Assembly (NCBI GenBank): GCA_963745035.1
Contig: CAVUVW010000010.1
Coordinates: forward strand, 1 to 64,000
Origin: an uncultured delta proteobacterium
GTDB taxonomy: Bacteria; Desulfobacterota; Binatia; UBA9968
Reading direction: 5' to 3'
Length of the DNA: 64,000 bases
Made by a program: the position numbers and the translations under genes. The notes beneath the pieces were generated by a model. It saw only the letters and a list, made by a program, of their open reading frames with translations. It made no database searches and was not told where the DNA came from. Each line of letters begins with the position of its first letter. The stretch's first letter is position 1. Positions 44,904-53,990 of the stretch are shown one piece after another.

Positions 44904-45233
44904 AGCGGCTCCCGTCTATTAAAAATTTAAAGCACTTTTTTCTCTCCGGTGATTTATCCCTGAACCGGCGAAGGTGTCAATCGTCGGAGAGTTGACTGAA
45001 ATTCACCCTGTCGCTCGGGACTAATCTTCTTGCGGCTCGCTCAAAAATTGGAGACGTCTGAATATTGATTATTTAGTCAAACGCTGGCCGAGCTTCTTTT
45101 TTCGCTCATCTCTTGAGCACCTAGTTGCAATAGTGAACGAGTCGTAGGGAAAAACTTTACTTTCATCATGCAATGTCCGCTTGATCTAGAATCAAGTTCG
45201 ATTCCGCTGCATTGACAGCCAACGGAGGGCAAG

Positions 45234-45410
45234 CTACTGCGGCGACCAGGCGCGGATCTCCGAACGCCCGATGATCACGCTATTGTTTTGTGCGACTTCT
45301 TGCGACATCCGCTCAAGCAACGTCGCAAGATCGACCTCGGCCGCTGTCGCCACGCCGAACTTCTCCATTGCCGGCAGCAGAGTGGCGGCAAGTTCGGCAA
45401 TCGCCCGTAA
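45234..45410 (-). pseudogene. 3'-terminal gene fragment, probably a SAM methyltransferase C-terminus
   Basis: TLLPAMEKFGVATAAEVDLATLLERM...AWSPQ* with no 5' part. Confidence 0.5.
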
Positions 45411-45498
45411 CCACTCTCCGGTCCTTGTCCCGCCGCGTCACGCTGATTAGCGCATGCGTGAAAAGACTCCGGACCCCTTTTTCCAATTACGGTCGCCG

Positions 45499-46158
45499 CT
45501 ATTTACTCTGTGCGGAAACACCGGTCATCGCTTGCTCCAGCGCCGTGCGCGCAGCCGCTAAAGTTTGCGGATCGGCCAGCTCGGGACGTCCCGTCCCATA
45601 CGGCGGTTGGGGCGCGTATTCCAGGAGCAGCTCGACGACTCGTCCCATGCTCTGGCCGGCCCATCGCCCGGCCATTGCGATGCCGAAGTCGATGCCCGCT
45701 GTGACGCCGCCTCCGGTGAGTCGATTGCGGTCGACGCAGATACGTTCGGTGCTGGGCTCGGCGCCAAATTGGCTGAGGGCTTCCCGGGCACCCCAGTGCA
45801 CGGCGGCACGGTAGCCCCGCAACAGTCCAGCCGCCCCGAGCAGCAGCGAGCCGGTGCAGACACTGCACACCCAGCGGGCGCGGGATCCGCGATCCGCTAG
45901 AAAGGCGATTGTGGCGGAATCACTCAACAGGTCCAACGTCGGCTTCGCGCCACCGCCGACAAAGAGGACGTCTGGATCGGTCCAGGTATCCTCGAAACGG
46001 TGGGTCGCTTGCACGCTGAGGCCGCAGTCCGTGGGCACCGCGCCGGAATGCTGCCAGGCGTACTGAACTTCGAAGCCTGCCAAGACACTCCACGCCTGCA
46101 TGGGACCGACCAAGTCCAAAAGGGTCATGCCGGGATATACGAGGGACAACACTTTCAT
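45499..46158 (-). CDS. DJ-1/PfpI family protein (isonitrile hydratase-like)
   Basis: LDLVGP, SVCTG, GGGVTAGID, EYAPQPPYG. Confidence 0.93.
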   Translation of the reverse strand: MKVLSLVYPGMTLLDLVGPMQAWSVLAGFEVQYAWQHSGAVPTDCGLSVQATHRFEDTWTDPDVLFVGGGAKPTLDLLSDSATIAFLADRGSRARWVCSVCTGSLLLGAAGLLRGYRAAVHWGAREALSQFGAEPSTERICVDRNRLTGGGVTAGIDFGIAMAGRWAGQSMGRVVELLLEYAPQPPYGTGRPELADPQTLAAARTALEQAMTGVSAQSK

Positions 46159-46341
46159 TGCCGCGCGCTCCTTTGAGTCAACAAAATCGTTCTGTGCCGC
46201 GAGGTCGGTTCCGGGGTCGGGCCTGAGTTATTGACTTATTGCTCATCGCTGATGCGATCTCGCGGCGTCACGCTGTGCGTGAAAAGATCCCGCCCCCTTT
46301 TCCCAACTACAATTGAATCTAGCGAGCGTGTTTCGACAAAT

Positions 46342-47424
46342 CTAGTGGGGCGGGAGCGGGCCCGTGCCCGCGATTTTTTTGAAAAGATCCACATCTTGCG
46401 GATCGCGGGGAAGCTTCTTTAGGACTTCATCGAATTCATCCGGCGTGAGCGGGGAAGGGGCGTCGCCGGTGAGCTTCTTATAATCGTTGGAAAACTCAGG
46501 GTCCTTATAGGCTGCGGTGATGGCATCGCGCAGCGTCCGAACCCGCTCCGGCGGGGTGCGCGGCGGAGTGATGAAGGTCGCGCCGGCGATACTGAAGGAC
46601 CGATAGATCTCCAGCAGCCGCCGTTCCCTGTCCGTCCTGGCAAAAGATTCGAGCTCGGGCAGATGAGCGAAGCGCGGATGCGTGCTGGCTTTGGGGATCT
46701 GCAAGATCGCGTGAAAGTCGACGAGTTTCTTTTCGATCCATTCGGGATTGCGCCGCAGCAACGAAGGGGCGACGTTCACTCTGGCGTCGAGTTCGCCGCG
46801 CAAGAGCGCCTGATCCATCTCGGGTCCCGAGTATCCGGTGACGAATTTAGGCTCGTTCAGGCGCAGAATATACGCGAACAATCGGGCGAGCGTATGGATC
46901 ACATGGCCCACCGATTGCGCGCCGATTCGTATTCCCGGGCTGGCGCGGAGACGATCCAATGTGCCTAGATTGGACTCCCGTCTGGTGAGAAACACATAGT
47001 GGTCCTCGGATTCGGCGGTACCGAAGAAACTAAATTTGTCGAGCTCGTAATCCACTCCAGGTTCATTGAGGGCTGCGGCCCGGACGAAGCCGCCCGGCGG
47101 ATAGCCGAGCGTCAGGCCGTCGGGACGAGCGGTTCGAAAGATGTAGTTCGCGGCCTTTCGGCCGCCGCCGCCAGGCATGTATTCCGTCACGATATTCGGC
47201 TGTCCAGGAATATGCTTTTTCAAATACGGCAATATCGACTTCAGCCGCAAATCTCCCAACCCTCCCGGCTCCTGGCCAGCGATCACGGTGATGGTCTTGC
47301 CTTGATAAAAGAGCGCCTGCGGTAAGACCGGGTGCGGCTGGCATAAGAGGAAGAACGCCGATGCGCACATGACTGCGCCATTACTAACTTTGCGATATTT
47401 TCCAAAGAGCATCAGAACTCTCAA
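46342..47424 (-). CDS. TctC/Bug tripartite tricarboxylate transporter receptor
   Basis: FYQGKTITVI, MPGGGG, ARPDGLTL; start uncertain. Confidence 0.88.
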   Translation of the reverse strand: MRVLMLFGKYRKVSNGAVMCASAFFLLCQPHPVLPQALFYQGKTITVIAGQEPGGLGDLRLKSILPYLKKHIPGQPNIVTEYMPGGGGRKAANYIFRTARPDGLTLGYPPGGFVRAAALNEPGVDYELDKFSFFGTAESEDHYVFLTRRESNLGTLDRLRASPGIRIGAQSVGHVIHTLARLFAYILRLNEPKFVTGYSGPEMDQALLRGELDARVNVAPSLLRRNPEWIEKKLVDFHAILQIPKASTHPRFAHLPELESFARTDRERRLLEIYRSFSIAGATFITPPRTPPERVRTLRDAITAAYKDPEFSNDYKKLTGDAPSPLTPDEFDEVLKKLPRDPQDVDLFKKIAGTGPLPPH

Positions 47425-47425
47425 A

Positions 47426-48652
47426 CTAACCGGCTTTATAATGGGTCGAGGCTAAGACCTGCTCGACGATCGCCTCGGCGAACTGCGGATCGTTGATGTG
47501 ACAGTCGAACTCGGTCACCGGCACGGACGCCGGCAGGGCCTTCTTCAGCGCTTCCGAGAACACCGGGCACAGCGACGGGTCGTGCAAATGCCCTTCGGGG
47601 CTGTCGTGGTGCGAGAAGCCCTTCAGCGGCACGAAGAACGAGACCGGCCCCTTGGCGCTGCTGATCAGGCCGCCCATGTGCTTCGCCAACTTCTGCAGTT
47701 CGCCAGCCTCGGTGCGTACCGCGGTAATTGCCTGGTTGTGGATGTGATAACGCTTGTTCGGGAATTGTGTCTTCGCCATGTCGATGGGTCCGGACAGCAT
47801 GAAGTCCGCGTTGCCCGGCGCGAAGATCACCGGCACGCCCTTCTCGAGCGCCGCTTTGGCGCGGTCCGGGCCGGCGCTGAACATGCCGTTGTTCAGATAA
47901 TCGTTGATCTCGACCAGCGACACGTCGACGACCGCGCTGACGTCGCGCTCCCGCACGATCTGGTCCATCGCCATGCCGCCGGTACCGAGCGTGTGGAACA
48001 CCATCACCTCGTAGCCTTTGCTCTCCAGCGACTTGCGCACGCGCACGGTGCAGCGATCGGTGGTGCCGAGCGTCGTCATCGCGATCAGCGGCTTCGTTTC
48101 CGCGCGCACGGGCGAGTAGCTCTTCGCCATCGCGGCGGTGGCGATCGCCGCGTTGCGGAACGCGTCGCGGGTGATGCTGTTGAGCCCGGCGATGTCGCAT
48201 ACCGGGTTCACCATGATGATGTCCTTCGCGCCGACGAACGGCCGGGTGAAGCCCGATGCCATCGTCGACACCATCACCTTCGGCAGGCCGTACGGGAACG
48301 CCTGCATCACGACGCTGCCGAGCGTGGTGCCCATCGATCCGCCCACACCGATGATGCCGGCAATGCCATGCTTTGACTGGGCCTCCAGAGCGCACTTGAC
48401 GGCGCCTTCGATCATCACTGCCTGGCACTTGCCTTCATGACGAAGGTCGCGAACCTCCTGGATCGTCTTGCCTGCCGCCGCGGCGACGGTCTCCGGCGCG
48501 ATCTCGACGTTCGGATCGGTCGAATCGCGGATGCTGGCGTCGAGGTGAACGACCTCCACCCCTTCGGCCTCCAGTGTCTGCCGGACGAATTGCGCTTCCA
48601 CTGCCTTGGTGTCGAGGGTCACGATCATCAGAACCTTGGGTTTGCTGCTCAT
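47426..48652 (-). CDS. Tm-1-like ATP-binding protein (UPF0261)
   Basis: TLDTK, GGSMGT, PKVMVSTMASG, HINDPQFA. Confidence 0.92.
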   Translation of the reverse strand: MSSKPKVLMIVTLDTKAVEAQFVRQTLEAEGVEVVHLDASIRDSTDPNVEIAPETVAAAAGKTIQEVRDLRHEGKCQAVMIEGAVKCALEAQSKHGIAGIIGVGGSMGTTLGSVVMQAFPYGLPKVMVSTMASGFTRPFVGAKDIIMVNPVCDIAGLNSITRDAFRNAAIATAAMAKSYSPVRAETKPLIAMTTLGTTDRCTVRVRKSLESKGYEVMVFHTLGTGGMAMDQIVRERDVSAVVDVSLVEINDYLNNGMFSAGPDRAKAALEKGVPVIFAPGNADFMLSGPIDMAKTQFPNKRYHIHNQAITAVRTEAGELQKLAKHMGGLISSAKGPVSFFVPLKGFSHHDSPEGHLHDPSLCPVFSEALKKALPASVPVTEFDCHINDPQFAEAIVEQVLASTHYKAG

Positions 48653-48787
48653 GGCCTGTCTCCTGTCGAATGAAAGAGCACTTCAAATCGCCCACGCCGA
48701 CGGTAATCGGCACCGACACCGTCTCGGCGCCCTTCAGATGATGGAAATCCGCTTTTGGGAGGCTCGGCGACGGTACATCTGCATAGA

Positions 48788-49195
48788 TTACACAGTGCGA
48801 CCCATGTCGAAGACGATCTCCCGTGAGATCTTCCCGTTGCGCATCTCAAAGATGTGAACCAGCCGCATTTCAATCTTGCTGCCGATTGGAAAATGCCAGT
48901 ATCCATCTTTCGCCACCTCGAACGTGACGATGCTGTCATCCACCACACGCTCTTCGGTAGCGAAGCGCTGAAGAAACTGGAACTTTACATTACGCATGGA
49001 CGCAAAGAGTTCCCGGTAATTCTTGGCAGTAGCTTCCTTCCCGGAAAAAGATCGATTAAGGCCATTCGGGGCAGGTGCTTCCCAAACGATGTCGTCGGTG
49101 AAAGTCTTGAGCGCCGTTTCGACCTCATTCAGCGCTTCGCTGTGGAAGTGGCTCTCCACAGCCGCCAGATTTTGGGCTATTTGATCCCTATCCAT
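48788..49195 (-). CDS. SnoaL/NTF2-like protein
   Basis: FTDDIVWE, HIFEMRNGKISRE. Confidence 0.85.
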   Translation of the reverse strand: MDRDQIAQNLAAVESHFHSEALNEVETALKTFTDDIVWEAPAPNGLNRSFSGKEATAKNYRELFASMRNVKFQFLQRFATEERVVDDSIVTFEVAKDGYWHFPIGSKIEMRLVHIFEMRNGKISREIVFDMGRTV

Positions 49196-49283
49196 CTCGT
49201 TCCCTCCATCTCTTGCTTTACTTCGTGTTGCCGCCAAACGCCCAGAGCGCTTTGTTTCAAGTCACACAATTATTGCATCTGCT

Positions 49284-49450
49284 TTAAGTCGACACCCACC
49301 ACGTGTTACCTCCCGGATCGATAGCTCGCTTGGCGCTCGTCGTACGGTATGTCTTCTGGCGGGACATGGTCGTGGCTCCAAGTCGAATGGCTCGGCCGTA
49401 CACCGCATCTACGTCGTCAACGTAGACGTGGATCGACCCGACCGAGGGTG
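49284..49450 (-). pseudogene. VOC/glyoxalase 3' fragment
   Basis: HVYVDDVDAVYGRA...DPGGNTWWVST*. Confidence 0.7.
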
Positions 49451-49949
49451 AAACATGAAATGATGGGAATTTGCTTTTCTCTCGACGCGAGTAATTGAAC
49501 CCCGGCTCCATCAGCCGCTTGCGAGCCAGCTGTCAACAGCTCGACAGCGAGTCGGACCAAAAGAGCAGCCTCCATTCGTACGATTTGGGCGTACCGTATC
49601 CGATAAAGGTGGTCTCATACAACTATAAACGGCTTGAGTGGGCAGGAAACAACCTTTGCTCAATCATCGTAGCTGATCCAAGGATATGTCGCTGCGAAAA
49701 ATACCTTCTCTCAGAGGACAACGGGTTTCTTGACGAGGCTTTCGGTGACGAAAGGGAAATTGTACGCGAGCCAGGCGTCGATCCCGCCTTCGAGCGGGCG
49801 GACCCTGGTGATTTCTTTGGCTCGCAGCAGCAGCGCCACACGGGCGCTGGTCGCTTCGTTGGGTCACTTCTGCAGTTTAGGGTCAGGTCGGCTTGCAACC
49901 AGTGCCGGCATGAAAAACGGAGCGATGAGTTGCCCCGGGTTTGACGGAT

Positions 49950-50267
49950 CTACGAACCTGACTTTAGGTTTCTTTTCCGGACTTGCGAAGGGAGTTTGGC
50001 TCGGCGGCGCCGGGCGACTGTTTTCCAGAATTCTCCGTGGGATACGCCTTTGCCTGCTTTGATGCTTCTTCGTGACTTGCTGAGCAAAGACTGGAAACGG
50101 CGCGAGTGGGCCAGCATCAGTCGTTCCAAATCGTCATTATCCTTAGGCGCCAGCAATACCGCCGCGGCCTTGCCGTTGCGCGTGATAATGACCGGGCCCT
50201 CGTTCTCGCATTCGTCCACATAGGCACTGAGATGGGCTTTCACGTCCGCCAGCGCTGCGATCTTCAT
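49950..50267 (-). CDS. Phd/YefM antitoxin
   Basis: VKAHLSAYV, GPVIITRNGK. Confidence 0.9.
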   Translation of the reverse strand: MKIAALADVKAHLSAYVDECENEGPVIITRNGKAAAVLLAPKDNDDLERLMLAHSRRFQSLLSKSRRSIKAGKGVSHGEFWKTVARRRRAKLPSQVRKRNLKSGS

Positions 50268-50587
50268 AATTGGAACTCCTCTCCTCCGATAAACAGCCGG
50301 TTGCCTTCTTTCACGCCGATCGCCAGGACAGCGACCGTTTTTTCCTCATGATTCACGTCATAAAAGACACGAAATGAGTTTTTCGGCCCAAAACGCACTT
50401 CCCAGGTCGCGCCGAACGAGGCGGGCTCCTCAAGCGGTTTGCGGTTTCTGGTCTCCTTTGCGGGTGTGTGAGAAAGCTGCTCCTTGATCGTTGTCGCAAC
50501 CAAACGGTGATATTTAAGCTCAATCCAATCGAGATGCTTGTATGTCTCCGGCGCGTAGATGATCGTAAATACGGCTTGCCGCGCCAT
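50264..50587 (-). CDS. RelE/ParE toxin (upstream of its antitoxin)
   Basis: WEVRFG...FRVFYDV...AIGVK; ATGA overlap. Confidence 0.88.
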   Translation of the reverse strand: MARQAVFTIIYAPETYKHLDWIELKYHRLVATTIKEQLSHTPAKETRNRKPLEEPASFGATWEVRFGPKNSFRVFYDVNHEEKTVAVLAIGVKEGNRLFIGGEEFQL

Positions 50588-50833
50588 TGACCAAAATTAT
50601 AGTCATCAGCGAGCGGAAATCAAATACTTGGGGAAGAAGAAATGGTAACGCGAACCGTTTGGTGTTCTAACCATTCTTAGGTCTGCCGCGGGCTGAAGTG
50701 TGGTTCCAATTCGAGCGCAGCCGCGATGAAATAATGGAGAATTGATAATGGATAATGGACAATTCAAGAACGTTACCTCTCCCTGCGATTGCTCTTACGA
50801 TGCCTGTCGGTTAACAATGACGACGACTCTCTC

Positions 50834-51790
50834 TCAAAGGACAACGGGTTTCTTGACGAGGCTTTCGGTGACGAAAGGGAAATTGTCCGCGAGCCAGGCG
50901 TCGATGCCGCCTTCGAGCGGGCGAACCCTGGTGATGCCTTTGGCTCGCAGCAACAGCGCCACCCGGGCGCTGGTCGCTTCGTTGGGTCACGAACAGTAGA
51001 GGACGACGTCGCGATCCCGCGGAATCTCGCCGTGGCGCTCTTCGATCTCTTCCATAGCCATACGAAGCGCACCCGGGATCATCTGAGGAAACGCCTCGAT
51101 ATCCATGGGCTGGCGCAAGTCCACGATGGAGATGTTTTCTCGGGCGGTGAGTTTGTCCATGAGTTCTTTCGCAGTGATGCGCGCAATCCGCAGCCGGCGA
51201 AGAAAGCGTTGCCGCTGGATGAATTTCCACAAAACATAAGCCGCCAAACTTCCGGCCAGGACTGCGACCAGCCAACCGCCCCAGCGCAGCGCGATCCGCT
51301 CGAGTTGATCGCTGAGAATCAAGCCCAAGCTCGTAACGGTGACGACCCAGAGGAATCCGCCCAGAGAATCGAAGATCAGGAAACGTTCTAGGGGCATGCG
51401 AAAGACTCCCGCCAGAGACGGTGCTGCGGTATTCAGGCCGGGTATAAATTTGGCAACGAGCAAAGAACGGACGCCATGCCGGATGAAAAGGTTCTCAGTC
51501 CGCCGCACGCAGGAGTCAGGTTCGAGAGAAATGCGGCACAGTAGCTTCAGTATACGGCCGCCGCGGTAACGGCCTAGAAAGTACCAGAACAGGTCGGCCA
51601 AAATAACCGCGATAAACGCCAAGGTCACCGCGAACGTTAAGTTCATTTTGCCGGCACGGGCCAGCGCGCCGGCCGCGATCAACAGAGGAGCAGCCGGGAT
51701 AGGCAGACCCAGCTGTTCGAGCAGCACCCACCCGAACAGCACAACGTAGCCATGCCTGATCAGGAAGTCGGCCGCTTGTTCCAGGCTCAA
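50834..51790 (-). CDS. DedA/VTT plus rhodanese protein with in-frame TGA (probable selenocysteine) at 50987-50989
   Basis: EQLGLPIPA, KFIPG; VLYCS-TGA-PNEATSARVALLLRAKGITRVRPLEGGIDAW continues the rhodanese domain for 50 codons. Confidence 0.88.
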
Positions 51791-51819
51791 GTCCCCGGGT
51801 CGCCTCGGGCAATACGCTC

Positions 51820-52185
51820 GCAAAAAAGAAACTAAGGACAGTCAATATCAGCGCCGCAATCGCCGATTCGACATAGATCCAACGAGCCTGGGAGCGGAGT
51901 CGTTTCTCGACGCCTTCATCTCCGACCGGCTCTTCGGTGCCGTTCATCTTGCGCGCGCCGCGCGCCGCCAAAGCGACTCAGGTCTTTTTGCGAGCCTGGG
52001 AAATAGCGAGAGTTCCCATCCAGAACGGCAGAAATAGCGCCGCATACCAGCCGCGGCTTACATCTGCATGCGCGAGGACGACCGCCATGACGACGCCCAG
52101 GACGAGCATGGCGATACCCATGAGCAGGCGCTTGCGGGTCTCCTTCGGCCCGATATTGGCGAGCTCCGCATTTCCGCCGTTCATC
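51820..52185 (-). CDS. Small membrane protein with in-frame TGA at 51978-51980 (probable selenocysteine); 3' end uncertain
   Basis: NIGPKETRKR-TM-TM-QARKKT-TGA-VALAARG...a further hydrophobic helix in the same frame. Confidence 0.6.
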
Positions 52186-52518
52186 GAAAGCCACCGGTGC
52201 TTTTGTTCATTTCTTGATCTCCGCTTGGTCTCACCCTTAATAGCCGACATTGGGACATCCGGCTAGAGTCCGCTGATGCAGATAGACCATATTGTTGGGC
52301 GATCGGTTAGGTCGCGGTGATCTACGAAACGGCGCCTGAGGCAGTAGAGGCGCGCGCCAAGAACTAATGGCTATCGAACAAGATTTGAAACTTGCTGACG
52401 CCGATTCTCTCCCATCCGTCGTCGCCTCTGGGGTCGGGCCGGAGTCATTGAAGGGAAGGCGCGCGTGAAAAGCGTGTTGCGGCTCGGGCCCACTCGGAGT
52501 AAAGCTCGCTCGTGATCT

Positions 52519-53904
52519 ATGGCCAGCGCTGATTCACCTGCTACCCTGGTGCAGCAAATCGCCCGCAACGTGCTCGACGTCGCCGCCGCGGCGATTCCTT
52601 CGGAGGTCGTCGAGCATACCAAGGCGCTGATCCTCGACTCCATCGGCTGCGCCTTGGCCGCGGCCGAGGAGCCGGCGTTCGCGCGCGCGTCGCGGGTTTT
52701 CGCGCAACTCGGCGGCAACCCGGACTGCACCGTCATCGGCTCGGCGCGCCGGGTCAATCTGCCGCAGGCCGTGTTGCTGAACGGGATTTTGATTCGCTCG
52801 CTCGACCTGAACGATGCCTACATCGGTCCCGGACAGATGGGGCATCCGAGCGACAATATCGCGGTGGCGCTTTCCGTCGGCGAAAAGTTCCGCGCCTCCG
52901 GACTGAGCGTGATCGCCGGCGTAGCGCTCGGCTACGAGATCTACTGCCGCATGCAGGACATCATTCCGACGCGCGCCACCTGGGACCACACGACCGCGTC
53001 GGCCCTGGCGGCGCCTTTGATTGCCGGCCGCTTGATGGGATTGAACGCGGAGCAGCTTACCCATGCGGCTGCACTGTCGGCCACGCACGGCAACACGCTC
53101 GCCGTCGTGCGTACCGGCCAGCTCGCCAACTCCAAAGCGAGCGCCAACGCCATGGTGGCATCCCAAGCGGTGCTGTGTTCGTTGCTTGCCGCCGAGGGCA
53201 TGACCGGCCCGTTGGGGGTGATCGAGCATCCGCGCGGTCTGAGCACGGGCATGCTCGCCGGGGCAAAATTGGATCTCCTCGCTCAACCGATCGGCGACCG
53301 CTATCGAATCCTGAGCTCGGCGATCAAAGCCTACCCCTGCATCGGTACGGCGCAGACCCTAGTCGCCGGCGTGCTGCAAGCGCGCGGCGGCATCGCCGAT
53401 CCGGCGCGGGAAGTCGAACGCATCGAAGTGGCCATGGCCGACATCCCGATCGTCCGCGCTCAAGCGGCGGACGAACAACGGCGCCACCCGGAAACTCGCG
53501 AAAGCGCCGATCATAGCTTCTACTATCTGGCGGCGGCGGCGCTGTCGGACGGTGAAATTTCCGAAGCGCAATTTGCCCCCGGGCGCTGGCTGCGGCCCGA
53601 AATGAGAGAAGCGATGGCGCGGGTCTCGCTCCGCACCGACGCGAGCTTGAACAAATACACGCCCGGCAGCTACCCGGCCGTGGTGAAGCTGATTCTGCGA
53701 AGCGGCGAGAGCCGCGAAGTGGAGGTCATTTTTCCCAAAGGCCATCCTAACAATCCCATGTCGCCGGCCGAAGTCGAGGCCAAATTCCGCGCCTGCGCGC
53801 GCGGGAGAGTAGCGCCGGAGCGCCAGGAGAAAATGATCGGAAAGGCGCGCGAGCTGGAAAAACTCGCGTCCGTGGCCGAGCTCATGAACGATCTGGCAGC
53901 TTGA
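52519..53904 (+). CDS. MmgE/PrpD family protein
   Basis: LDSIGCA, LDLND, HPSDN, IKAYPC, KGHPNNPM. Confidence 0.92.
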   Translation: MASADSPATLVQQIARNVLDVAAAAIPSEVVEHTKALILDSIGCALAAAEEPAFARASRVFAQLGGNPDCTVIGSARRVNLPQAVLLNGILIRSLDLNDAYIGPGQMGHPSDNIAVALSVGEKFRASGLSVIAGVALGYEIYCRMQDIIPTRATWDHTTASALAAPLIAGRLMGLNAEQLTHAAALSATHGNTLAVVRTGQLANSKASANAMVASQAVLCSLLAAEGMTGPLGVIEHPRGLSTGMLAGAKLDLLAQPIGDRYRILSSAIKAYPCIGTAQTLVAGVLQARGGIADPAREVERIEVAMADIPIVRAQAADEQRRHPETRESADHSFYYLAAAALSDGEISEAQFAPGRWLRPEMREAMARVSLRTDASLNKYTPGSYPAVVKLILRSGESREVEVIFPKGHPNNPMSPAEVEAKFRACARGRVAPERQEKMIGKARELEKLASVAELMNDLAA

Positions 53905-53990
53905 ATTTGTGCTCGTGGTCCGTGTTCGTGCAGTCTAGTCGGTCACGTTTCCCGGACACGATCACGATGGTCAAAGCAGGTGGGCCTTTT

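Noticed and set aside
45181-45210. tRNA-like GTTCGATTCC
   Set aside because: No acceptor stem, D-arm or anticodon arm could be built.
14634-50764. CRISPR array from recurring repeats
   Set aside because: Repeats are dispersed, variable in length and derived from gene tails; there is no regular repeat-spacer period and no cas gene.
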